Below, piece after piece: positions 31,403 through 39,662 of a stretch of 62,476 bases of DNA (within the stretch, counting starts at the first letter, position 1; each line of letters begins with the position of its first letter). Below the pieces are notes generated by a model. It was not told the DNA's origin. It worked only from the letters and a program-made list of their open reading frames with translations, and searched no databases. Origin of the DNA: an uncultured virus (IMG/VR IMGVR_UViG_3300033076_001192) (Duplodnaviria; Heunggongvirae; Uroviricota; Caudoviricetes); IMG/VR virus record IMGVR_UViG_3300033076_001192, one strand, 5' to 3'. The translations under genes and the position numbers were made by a program.

Positions 31403-34141
31403 TTACCTTCTTCTGTTTGTATAAAAACTTCTTTGTCTACCATTATTGTAAAAATTTAATTTTCTAGTTTCTTTGGGTTTTGGTTGTTCTTCATTGTTTG
31501 TTCTCCTATAATTAACTTTAGGATATATGTAGTTTTTTTCTAATACATGTATTAATCCTATAGCTCCTATATTTCCAGATATTCTATCAAAGTTTCCTGA
31601 TTCGGAGAAATTTATTATCTCTGTTAATAACCAAATATCGTCTATAGTTTGAACTCGTTTTACCATTACTTTTTCTCCTATATCATTCTCAATTTCTACA
31701 TTTTCATTTAAATAAGAAGCATACATAGATATTAGTTTTCTTTTTGATTGTTTTGGAGTAAACCCATACTTTCTTGCATCTCCTTGCGAAAACTGAAGTG
31801 CCGTGTTAAAATCAATATGTTTTTCTAAATAAGTATCTTCTAAATGTTTATTTTCTAAATACGTCTGAAATACCGCTAAATCTTCATTTTCTGGAAATAA
31901 TTTTGCATTATAATATTCTAATAAGATTAAAACTTTATCATTAAATTTTTTATAAGTTGAAGGTCTAGCAGAATAAGAAGCTACTAACTTTTTACCACTT
32001 TTATCCCCGAATAATGGAAACTTATATATAGACACTGTCCCAACAGAATCTGTAGTAGTGGTGGTTTCTTGTTTATAAAAATCGGCACTCGCTACATAGT
32101 AATACATTGGGGCTTTTTCCATATCGGGTTCTTCTATAATCAAGAAGGGGGCGTCTTGGTTTCCTAGATTAAATGGGAACTCTATAAGAGGTTTTGTAGA
32201 TATTTCACTAATAATTTTACCATTTGAATCTTTTATCAAATCTCTTCTTCTATCCCATTTACCTGTTTCTAGTAAATATTCTTTGTGTTTTTTAGCTTCT
32301 TCATAAGGAAATGGATTTATTTCATTACTTAAAAAACATTCCTCTGGAGATATAGGATATTGTACAATTCTTTGCTGTAATAATAAATTATCTCCTTCTG
32401 CTTCTTTTCTCCACGCTAATAACTTATCTAAATTACCTTTCCAGTCTGTAACCTGTATGATATTTTTATTTAACTCATCTGCGTTTTCTATACCTAGAAA
32501 ATCACCTAATTTTTTCTCTATTTTTATAAAGCCTTCTTTATATGCCATTTGACCTGGTACAAATAAAGAAAAATTTCTTGGTTTCCATGAAATAGCTTCT
32601 GGGTCAACCCATTCATTTAAAGAATCCCAATCCATTGATACAAGATTATATTTTTGAGGATTAGTTAAAACTGTCATTGCATCATTTGATAACGAAGCTT
32701 CACCAGCAGTTCCTGCCAATAGTGGGACACATTTAAATCCATAAGGTGTTTCAAAAGATGGAAGTGCTGCTAAATAAGATTTTAAAAAGTTATACTTTCC
32801 AATCTCATCGTTTATAAAAGCAGACGGAGCTCCACCAGCGGTTTTTTGAGTGGCATTTTTAGCTCCAGAAGCTAAGTTTTTAACTTTTATTATCGAGTAA
32901 GGTATAGGGTTTGACGCATCCTCTTTCAAGCCTAATATTGTATCTCCACCATCCCATTCTTGCTTTATAAACTCTAACTTAAAGGCTGGTGGCATATAAG
33001 ACATTGAAGTTTTAATTTTACTAGTTAAATCTGTTAAGTCTCCTTCATTACCTCCTGTTATAGTTGCAACAGAATTAAACTTAGTAAAAGCTTTCCATTG
33101 TGCGTATGAAGCAAGAATTACAGATTTAGTAAATCTTCTAGTTCCGTAAAATAATAATCCTTTGTCTTTTGCATCTTCTGCCTTTTTTAAACTATTAACA
33201 AAAAATAACTCATTATCTCTTAAATACGGATTTATAGTAGGTTCTGAACCGTCTGGTTGTGGTATAGGTGTTTTAAATATATTTAAATGCCAGTATAACC
33301 AAGGATGTATCCAATAACCATTTATATTTAATCCTTTAGTTATCTTTAGCATTTCTTCTTGCCAAAACTGTAACACACTTGTATCTTGTTCAAAAAAATG
33401 TTTTCTGTGATTCCAAACTGGAATATCCTTTTGCTTCATATTTTTCAACATTTCAGTTGAACTGAATACATCCCATGTTACATTTAACTTTTCAGTGATT
33501 ATAGAAACATCAGGTATTCGTAAACTGATTGGCTCTTTCATTAAAAGAGAAGATTTTTGGTCTTTATAAAGTTTTAATTCAAAATTATCTATATTATTAG
33601 ATATATTCAATTTTGATAATTTATTTTGAATATCAATTTTTTTATTAAAAACTTCGTCTTGGAAAACTATTTCTTGTCCATTTGATTCTGTCTCTTCTTC
33701 TGTTAATGCTTCTTTTGTAAGTACATCTGTATTATATCTCAGATATTCAGACATTTTTTTTAAGTGTATGTTGATTATATCTACAGTAAAATCAATAAAA
33801 TCTTGTGTTTTACTTAAATTTCTATCTCCCGATGCTTCTGTTATAAAATCAGAGAGTCTTCCTAAAATAGATGTAGTTAATTTATTTTCTTGTTCAAAAA
33901 GAGCTTTTTTTGTTTTACTACTAAATTCTAAATAGTTTTTTATGTTTTTTTCAATTTCTTTTATTGTTTTTTCTTTATCCTTTGTATTACTATTTTGTGC
34001 CTCCAATATTCTCTCAGAGAAAGATTTTAACTTATCTTTATGATTTTTAGTGTCGTTCCAATTATTATTTTCTATAATTACTTTATTTCTTAAAAAATAC
34101 TCTTTATGGTCTTTTATAAAATTATCAACGTATTTACTCAC
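31403..34141 (-). CDS. terL: Terminase large subunit with N-terminal extension
   Basis: Deviant Walker A (GTRRFTKS), Walker B (FINDEIGK), GTAG coupling motif, RNase H-like domain (ASADFY, FPENE, GNFDRI). Confidence 0.85.
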   Translation of the reverse strand: MSKYVDNFIKDHKEYFLRNKVIIENNNWNDTKNHKDKLKSFSERILEAQNSNTKDKEKTIKEIEKNIKNYLEFSSKTKKALFEQENKLTTSILGRLSDFITEASGDRNLSKTQDFIDFTVDIINIHLKKMSEYLRYNTDVLTKEALTEEETESNGQEIVFQDEVFNKKIDIQNKLSKLNISNNIDNFELKLYKDQKSSLLMKEPISLRIPDVSIITEKLNVTWDVFSSTEMLKNMKQKDIPVWNHRKHFFEQDTSVLQFWQEEMLKITKGLNINGYWIHPWLYWHLNIFKTPIPQPDGSEPTINPYLRDNELFFVNSLKKAEDAKDKGLLFYGTRRFTKSVILASYAQWKAFTKFNSVATITGGNEGDLTDLTSKIKTSMSYMPPAFKLEFIKQEWDGGDTILGLKEDASNPIPYSIIKVKNLASGAKNATQKTAGGAPSAFINDEIGKYNFLKSYLAALPSFETPYGFKCVPLLAGTAGEASLSNDAMTVLTNPQKYNLVSMDWDSLNEWVDPEAISWKPRNFSLFVPGQMAYKEGFIKIEKKLGDFLGIENADELNKNIIQVTDWKGNLDKLLAWRKEAEGDNLLLQQRIVQYPISPEECFLSNEINPFPYEEAKKHKEYLLETGKWDRRRDLIKDSNGKIISEISTKPLIEFPFNLGNQDAPFLIIEEPDMEKAPMYYYVASADFYKQETTTTTDSVGTVSIYKFPLFGDKSGKKLVASYSARPSTYKKFNDKVLILLEYYNAKLFPENEDLAVFQTYLENKHLEDTYLEKHIDFNTALQFSQGDARKYGFTPKQSKRKLISMYASYLNENVEIENDIGEKVMVKRVQTIDDIWLLTEIINFSESGNFDRISGNIGAIGLIHVLEKNYIYPKVNYRRTNNEEQPKPKETRKLNFYNNGRQRSFYTNRRR

Positions 34142-34291
34142 AACTATTATTATTTAAATTAATTATTTCATTTATAGGTAATAATAAGTTAAAACATTCT
34201 ATATAAACCTACAAATTATTTTTATATTTAAATTGTTTTATCATTTATTTTTGTGATAGTTTATTTTTTCTTTTATCTCCTATAAATACTA

Positions 34292-34318
34292 AAACTCCCT
34301 AGTATTAGTAGGGAGTTT
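34292..34318 (-). terminator. Hairpin/terminator
   Basis: AAACTCCCTA...TAGGGAGTTT inverted repeat. Confidence 0.65.
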
Positions 34319-34323
34319 ATCTA

Positions 34324-34755
34324 TTACCTATAATCAAAAGCTTTTAAAATAGGTTTCATATTTTGTTTTATGGCATTTTTTATTTCTTTTATCTTTTCAG
34401 GATTTGTTTCAAAGTCTTTGCCGTTTTTTATAGTATAAAATTGCTCAAACCTATACATACTAACCTCTTCTAGAATTTCTTTAGGTATTTCTAATAAATC
34501 TTTATAGGCTTCTATAGTATGGTATAATCTTGTTAAAAGTCCTTGTAAGTCTTGCAGAAAAATAGTTTGTTTCTCTTGAATTTCAAAAAGTTTCTCAGAA
34601 ATTTTTTCTAAATCTTCTTCTCCTTCGATTTCTTTTATAAACTTTTCTCTAATTACATCAAGAGGTTTTACTTTATCTTTTATATGGTTTTTATAAGTTA
34701 TATATTCTGTATATACTTTTTCTAAATGAGCTTTTATTATGTCTTTATACTCCAT
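34324..34755 (-). CDS. Hypothetical helical protein
   Basis: ORF track; tightly packed operon. Confidence 0.6.
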   Translation of the reverse strand: MEYKDIIKAHLEKVYTEYITYKNHIKDKVKPLDVIREKFIKEIEGEEDLEKISEKLFEIQEKQTIFLQDLQGLLTRLYHTIEAYKDLLEIPKEILEEVSMYRFEQFYTIKNGKDFETNPEKIKEIKNAIKQNMKPILKAFDYR

Positions 34756-35000
34756 TATTCTTTAAATTTACTATCTACCCAACTTTGAAAATCTTCTTTA
34801 CTTAGTGGCTCATCTTTTTCTAAATCTATTGGATGGTCAACAAATTTTTCCATCGCTTGAAATATTTCAGAATCTTTAGCAAAAATAAAAGATGCCCCTA
34901 TCTCTTTTTCTATGGAAAATAATTTTTCACCAACTGATAAACCATCTTGTTTCTGTAAAACTTCATGGAATAGTGTATATATACTTCCTATATAATTCAT
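34755..35000 (-). CDS. Hypothetical protein
   Basis: ORF track; stop/start overlap. Confidence 0.6.
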   Translation of the reverse strand: MNYIGSIYTLFHEVLQKQDGLSVGEKLFSIEKEIGASFIFAKDSEIFQAMEKFVDHPIDLEKDEPLSKEDFQSWVDSKFKE

Positions 35001-35329
35001 TATATTATATTACCTTTTAAAATTAATCTTCTTTTCTCTTTATTATTTTCTATTATTGTAGTTTTTTCAAAAACACCTCTGATATCTAATTTTATTGTAG
35101 CCTCTACTGTCGTACTATTTATTTGACTTTTTGCACTAGTTGTACATCCACATTTATGTTCTAAATTAAATGTTTTTGGGTCTACATCATAAAATCTAAG
35201 TGTTGTTGAATTATCTTCTAATCTACTTATAGTTCCATAATCTACTATAAAAACTCCATTTACTTCTGTTAGTGTGTATTTATCTGTTATTTTTTCTACT
35301 CTCATTTTATCCATTTTTTTTGAGGACAT
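35000..35329 (-). CDS. DUF1573-like Ig-fold protein
   Basis: DYGTI...CGCTT...G.FEKTTII...LILKG pattern. Confidence 0.5.
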   Translation of the reverse strand: MSSKKMDKMRVEKITDKYTLTEVNGVFIVDYGTISRLEDNSTTLRFYDVDPKTFNLEHKCGCTTSAKSQINSTTVEATIKLDIRGVFEKTTIIENNKEKRRLILKGNII

Positions 35330-35589
35330 TTTTCTACTTCTGTTTGTGTTTTATAAAATATAGAACACATTTCACAAGCAGAACAGTTTCCTAAATTATC
35401 TTCGTCTCTATTTCCTGTAATAGAAGAATATAAATCAGAAAAGTATTTTAATATTTTTTGTTTTAAGGATAACTTTTCTAAATTTAAAGTATTATAAGTG
35501 CAGTGCTTACATACCTCTCTTCTTTTAAATACCCAATCTTCTTCTATTTTTAAAAATCTAGAAAAAAGAATAATTTTAATCTTCTTCAT
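35302..35589 (-). CDS. Zn-finger protein
   Basis: RREVCKHC, CSAC..C and CPQKKW motifs. Confidence 0.55.
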   Translation of the reverse strand: MKKIKIILFSRFLKIEEDWVFKRREVCKHCTYNTLNLEKLSLKQKILKYFSDLYSSITGNRDEDNLGNCSACEMCSIFYKTQTEVEKCPQKKWIK

Positions 35590-35893
35590 TTATGTCTTTT
35601 TTTCTGTTAACTAATGGATTTTTTAATAAAGCATCTTCTATAACCATATTATTATTTAACTTTTCTTTTTTTGTTGTTGGGTTCATTTTTAAATCTTGTT
35701 TATTAAATGTCTTATGCAAGATACCTACACTTTCTAAATCAACAGCGTAGGTATCATCACTTAACAATCTTTGTGAAAGATAACCCTTTAGACACTTTAG
35801 TAAATCTTTTACATCTTCTTCATTTAACGCTTTTCTTTTTTGAGCGTAAATTTTTATAATGTCTTCCTCTAAATAAAATAAATTGTCATTCAA
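35576..35893 (-). CDS. HU/IHF-like protein
   Basis: Two helices followed by AVDLESVGIL strand pattern. Confidence 0.35.
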   Translation of the reverse strand: MNDNLFYLEEDIIKIYAQKRKALNEEDVKDLLKCLKGYLSQRLLSDDTYAVDLESVGILHKTFNKQDLKMNPTTKKEKLNNNMVIEDALLKNPLVNRKKDINEED

Positions 35894-36233
35894 AATTAAG
35901 AAGTAACATATTGGTTTTTTTTAAGATAAATTCTTGTCTTAGTTTTTCAAACTCTGGATGAAGTTCTTTATCTTGTTTGTATGGTTTTGGTTTTAAAAAT
36001 CCTTTCTTTTGTAGGGAGGCGTTAGTTGTGTTTATATTTCCTCTGCTATATTTAACTTCCAAACCTTTTTTAGTTTGTTCGTTATAACCAGTATAAATAT
36101 AAGCTCTTAAAAATTCTAATTCTTTATCTGTTATTACAACTTTAAAACAAGTTACTGAATATATCTTTATTAATAAATCTATTTTTTCAATAGTTGTTCT
36201 TTTTAAGTTCATTTTTATTATGTTATTCGACAT
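35886..36233 (-). CDS. Putative winged-HTH protein
   Basis: ITDKELEFL and SLQKKGFL motifs. Confidence 0.4.
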   Translation of the reverse strand: MSNNIIKMNLKRTTIEKIDLLIKIYSVTCFKVVITDKELEFLRAYIYTGYNEQTKKGLEVKYSRGNINTTNASLQKKGFLKPKPYKQDKELHPEFEKLRQEFILKKTNMLLLNFE

Positions 36234-36487
36234 ATAATTTGATTTTCCATATCTACCATTCTTTCATTTTTATTAAAATACTTATGATTTCTTTGTATTA
36301 AAATAGAATCATGTACTAAAACTTTGTCACCTGGTTTATAAAATCCAGAGGTTGCATTACCTACAGCTAATACTTTAGCTTCTATAATCCTTTTTTCTCC
36401 GTCTTTGTTTCCTGCGTTTGAAAACCCAGCCTTATCTTCTGGTTCGATTTCCAATAAAACTTCTTTAAAAGCAAATTCTCTATTCAT
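36218..36487 (-). CDS. groES: GroES-like co-chaperonin
   Basis: 89 aa; EVLLEI, mobile-loop segment, AKVLAVG...KPGDKVLV, ENQIIC. Confidence 0.6.
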   Translation of the reverse strand: MNREFAFKEVLLEIEPEDKAGFSNAGNKDGEKRIIEAKVLAVGNATSGFYKPGDKVLVHDSILIQRNHKYFNKNERMVDMENQIICRIT

Positions 36488-36767
36488 TTATTTTTTTATA
36501 ACTTAATCTAATTAATATGTTTCTTATTATTTGATATACCTCTCTGTAAAAAAGACTTTGTGTGTTATATTCTTCTTCTACTTCAAAAGTTTTACAATCT
36601 ACAAATAATACTTTTAAAAAATCTTTTTTATATTTTACAAGTATTAAATAGTAATTATTATCCTTTAAAACTAAATAATTTTTATCATTTCTTATTACGT
36701 CTATGTTATAAGTATCCGACATAATTAAAAGATACTCAACTAACTTTTTTAAAAAACGTTTTTCCAT
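36480..36767 (-). CDS. Hypothetical protein
   Basis: First ORF after the minus-strand promoter. Confidence 0.55.
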   Translation of the reverse strand: MEKRFLKKLVEYLLIMSDTYNIDVIRNDKNYLVLKDNNYYLILVKYKKDFLKVLFVDCKTFEVEEEYNTQSLFYREVYQIIRNILIRLSYKKINE

Positions 36768-36775
36768 TTACAGTG

Positions 36776-36867
36776 CAAAGATATAAACAATATTTCAAAA
36801 AAGCAAAACATTTAACTAATATTTAACTTTATATATTTGTATAATTAAATTATTCTTTTTATTTTTG
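36776..36867. promoter_or_regulatory. Divergent Bacteroidota sigma-70 promoters at the strand switch
   Basis: Minus: TTTG-N20-TATCTTTG (36807-36776). Plus: TTTG-N20-TATTTTTG (36836-36867). Confidence 0.75.
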
Positions 36868-36878
36868 CAAAAAAAGTT

Positions 36879-37118
36879 ATGGAAAATAATAAATTAGGTA
36901 TTATAGAGTATCAAGAAGTTGTCATAGATAATATCTCTACTCTTATTTTAAATAAAGATTATATAGAAGAAAATAAAGATTTTTTTGATAATGTTCTTTA
37001 TAAAATGTATGAAATATATATAAATGACGTTAATGATTCGATATCTATACGTAAACAAGCTCAGTTTTTAGAAATATTTTTAGGTATGAATTTTAAATTT
37101 AAACTTTCAGATTATTAA
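36879..37118 (+). CDS. Hypothetical protein
   Basis: ORF directly after the promoter. Confidence 0.6.
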   Translation: MENNKLGIIEYQEVVIDNISTLILNKDYIEENKDFFDNVLYKMYEIYINDVNDSISIRKQAQFLEIFLGMNFKFKLSDY

Positions 37119-37133
37119 AGTTTTCTTAATAAG

Positions 37134-37165
37134 TTTGTATATTTAAAATAATTGTTTTATATTTG
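37134..37165 (+). promoter_or_regulatory. Sigma-70 promoter driving RNA island 1
   Basis: TTTG-N20-TATATTTG. Confidence 0.75.
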
Positions 37166-37171
37166 CACTAT

Positions 37172-37280
37172 AATACTGTTGAGTAGACTTTATAAATAGT
37201 TGGAAAACTATACTAAAAACGGTGATAGTCCGATAAGTCGTGGTAATAGAATTACTAATCTGCTTAGTTCCAACAGTATT
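37172..37280 (+). ncRNA. Putative ~110-nt structured RNA
   Basis: 10-bp terminal stem AATACTGTTG/CAACAGTATT with internal hairpins; starts at the expected TSS. Confidence 0.55.
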
Positions 37281-37288
37281 TTTTATAT

Positions 37289-37326
37289 TGCGCGGTAGAG
37301 CAGAGGTAGCTTGCGGGGCTCATAAT
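37289..37326 (+). pseudogene. 5' half of initiator tRNA-fMet(CAT), interrupted
   Basis: TGCGCGG-TA-GAGC-AGAGGTA-GCTT-G-CGGGG-CTCATAA with initiator hallmarks; no contiguous 3' half. Confidence 0.75.
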
Positions 37327-37339
37327 AATAAATAGTATT

Positions 37340-37768
37340 TTGAAAAAATGTAATTTTTGTTTAATTGAAAAACCCTTAGATAGATTTTCTAAAAAGAAAT
37401 CTTGTATAGATGGTTTTAATACAAAATGTAAAGATTGCCATAATAAATATAATAGAGAAATTTGGTATATTAAAAATAGAGACAAACAAAAAATGTCTTC
37501 TGTTAATTGGAAAATAGATAATAAAGATAGGATAAAAGCTACTAAATATGGAGTTACACCTGAAGATATAGTAGAATTTAGAATTTTACAAAATGATAAA
37601 TGTGCTATATGTTTAGCAGAAAATTTTACAGAAAATATAGACCATTGTCACAAAAAAGGTAACGTTAGAGGAATTCTATGTGGTAATTGTAATAAAGGTC
37701 TAGGTTTATTTAAAGATAATATTGAATATCTTTTAAATGCAATAAACTATTTAAATAATAACAACTAA
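37340..37768 (+). CDS. Endonuclease VII-like HNH homing endonuclease
   Basis: KYG, Q..KCAIC, IDHCHKKGNVRGILCGNCNKGLGLFKD; N-terminal Zn finger. Confidence 0.85.
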   Translation: MKKCNFCLIEKPLDRFSKKKSCIDGFNTKCKDCHNKYNREIWYIKNRDKQKMSSVNWKIDNKDRIKATKYGVTPEDIVEFRILQNDKCAICLAENFTENIDHCHKKGNVRGILCGNCNKGLGLFKDNIEYLLNAINYLNNNN

Positions 37769-37769
37769 G

Positions 37770-38085
37770 TTCATCCCGCATTTGCAGGAAGGAAATCGTG
37801 AATCGCAATATGCGTTTTGTGTAAATTTAAAAAGAGTCCCCTCATATACAGGTGCTAGAATACACTCAGGATGAGTAAGGTTATTTTAACTTTAGAATTG
37901 TAGGTTAACAATCCGTCCCTTATAATTCATTTAGCTTTTATAGTGGACGTTAAAAAAGACATATCGGAGTTTAAAAGTAGAAGTAGGAAGCTATGATTAA
38001 AACTAAAAAATAAACGCTTAAAAAAGCCTTTAAAACTGACAGCATCTTCCTACATAGTGCTGTTTTTGTTTTTTAGGCTTTTTAC
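37770..38085 (+). ncRNA. Putative structured RNA/leader upstream of the polymerase-like gene
   Basis: Stems TTCATCC/GGATGAG, CGCAT-TTGC/GCAA-ATGCG, CGTCC-TTATAA/TTATAG-GGACG; long hairpin 38021-38083. Confidence 0.45.
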
Positions 38086-38092
38086 TTTTATA

Positions 38093-39436
38093 ATGACTAA
38101 AATAATAAATACTTTTGTAACATTACCTCCAAAATTAATAGAGGATTTTGAAAAAATTCCGTTTTCTAAAATAGAACGTAATTACGCTCTAAAATTTATA
38201 GACAACTTAATGAAAAGGTCTTTTAGAGAGTATGGCATGATTGATGGTTTTGTTGAAACTCCTAAGAATTATTTTAGAAAGGTTTTTAACTCTCAATATC
38301 TTATTTGGTTAAATAAATTAATTGACGCAAAAATTATCATTTCTAATCTATCTTATTCTAACTCTATCTCTAATATATATTCTAAATCCTATTCTATAAA
38401 TACTAAATACACATCTATCCCTATTATGTGGCTCACTTTTGATGAAAACCCTTTAAAATCAATACCTTACACTTTCAAAATTAGCAAAGAAACAGAAGAT
38501 GAGAAATTAGACCTTCAAAGAGTAGTTGAAGATTTAAATGTTATAAAAGTAGATAGAAAAGTATTAATGCAGTTAGCTTCAAACGAAATAGAAAAAGTTA
38601 AAATAGAGGATTTTAAAACTAATGAGTTTGTAACAAGGGAGAGTTTTAATGTGTCTTTTGGGGGAGATAAAAAATATTGGATGTCAAGACAAAAAGCTAT
38701 TCAGAAAAGTGTAGAGTTAAATAAAACACTAATACAAGATGACAATAAGTTTTATATTATTGATGAGTATGAATTTATACTAAGAAAAAAGACAGCTATG
38801 GTTCAATCTTATCAAGACGCTATAAATAAACTGATAAATAAAAAATTCTATGGTAAAAGAAATTCTACAAATAGTAGGTTAGATACTAATCTTACTAATA
38901 TGGCTAAAGTACTTACAAAAGAAGTATGTATTAAAAATAATTTTGTTCAGTTTGATTTGTGTAATTCACAGTTCGCTATTTTATCTGACCTGTTAGAAAA
39001 TAAATTATCCACTGATGATTTTTTACATTTTAAAACACACTCTTATAATGGAACTCTTTATGAGTATATAATGCAAGAATTGAAATTAGAAACAAGATTA
39101 GAGGCTAAAAAAATGATGTTTGAATTAATGTTTTCAAAAGAGGAATATAGAAGTGGATTAAAAGATAAATTAAAATCTATATTTCCGTCTGTAGTTGAAG
39201 TTGTAGATAATTATAAAAAAGAAAATGGGTATAATAAATTTTCAATAAGTTTGCAACAAAGAGAGTCTGAAATTTTTATCGACGGTTTATGGAAACAAAT
39301 AAAGAAAAAGAAAATATTTTGCACCCCTAAACATGACTGTCTAATAGTTAAAGAAAAGGATGCAACTAAGGTAGAAAATATTATAAAAAAGTATTTTGAA
39401 AAAATCAATTTTAAAGGTAAAATAATTAGAGAATAA
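38093..39436 (+). CDS. Compact family-A-polymerase-like protein (no visible exonuclease domain)
   Basis: RLDTNLTNM, motif A FDLCNSQFAIL, motif B R.EAKKMMF, LQQRES, motif C HDCLIV. ATG 38093 preferred to GTG 38057. Confidence 0.6.
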   Translation: MTKIINTFVTLPPKLIEDFEKIPFSKIERNYALKFIDNLMKRSFREYGMIDGFVETPKNYFRKVFNSQYLIWLNKLIDAKIIISNLSYSNSISNIYSKSYSINTKYTSIPIMWLTFDENPLKSIPYTFKISKETEDEKLDLQRVVEDLNVIKVDRKVLMQLASNEIEKVKIEDFKTNEFVTRESFNVSFGGDKKYWMSRQKAIQKSVELNKTLIQDDNKFYIIDEYEFILRKKTAMVQSYQDAINKLINKKFYGKRNSTNSRLDTNLTNMAKVLTKEVCIKNNFVQFDLCNSQFAILSDLLENKLSTDDFLHFKTHSYNGTLYEYIMQELKLETRLEAKKMMFELMFSKEEYRSGLKDKLKSIFPSVVEVVDNYKKENGYNKFSISLQQRESEIFIDGLWKQIKKKKIFCTPKHDCLIVKEKDATKVENIIKKYFEKINFKGKIIRE

Positions 39437-39468
39437 TTTGTATAATTAAAAATAATGTTTTATCTTTG
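39437..39468 (+). promoter_or_regulatory. Sigma-70 promoter
   Basis: TTTG-N20-TATCTTTG. Confidence 0.75.
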
Positions 39469-39484
39469 TAAGATAAATATAAAA

Positions 39485-39655
39485 ATGGAAGAAAAAATAT
39501 ATCCTTTATATTACAAAGGAAAGTTTTGGACTGAAGAAGAAGTTGATGATATATTTAAATCTTTTTACTTTACAAAACTAGCTTTAGATTATCGGACATC
39601 TGTTTATGTAGGAGATGGTCTTAGAAGAACTCCCGATGGGGAATGGGTTGAATAA
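39485..39655 (+). CDS. Small hypothetical protein
   Basis: In-frame ATG (MEEKIYP) downstream of the promoter. Confidence 0.55.
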   Translation: MEEKIYPLYYKGKFWTEEEVDDIFKSFYFTKLALDYRTSVYVGDGLRRTPDGEWVE

Positions 39656-39662
39656 AAAAATT

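Noticed and set aside
34132..34243. Minus-strand ORF with in-frame TAG suggesting stop-codon reassignment
   Set aside because: All large genes are open under code 11, TAG ends real genes, and no suppressor tRNA is present.
37326..38090. Intact group I intron in tRNA-fMet carrying the HNH gene
   Set aside because: Only loose P/Q/S-like strings are present (TTTGCAGGAAG, GAATCGCAA, AAGACATATCGG). No convincing P7 pairing was found, and no intact 3' tRNA exon follows.
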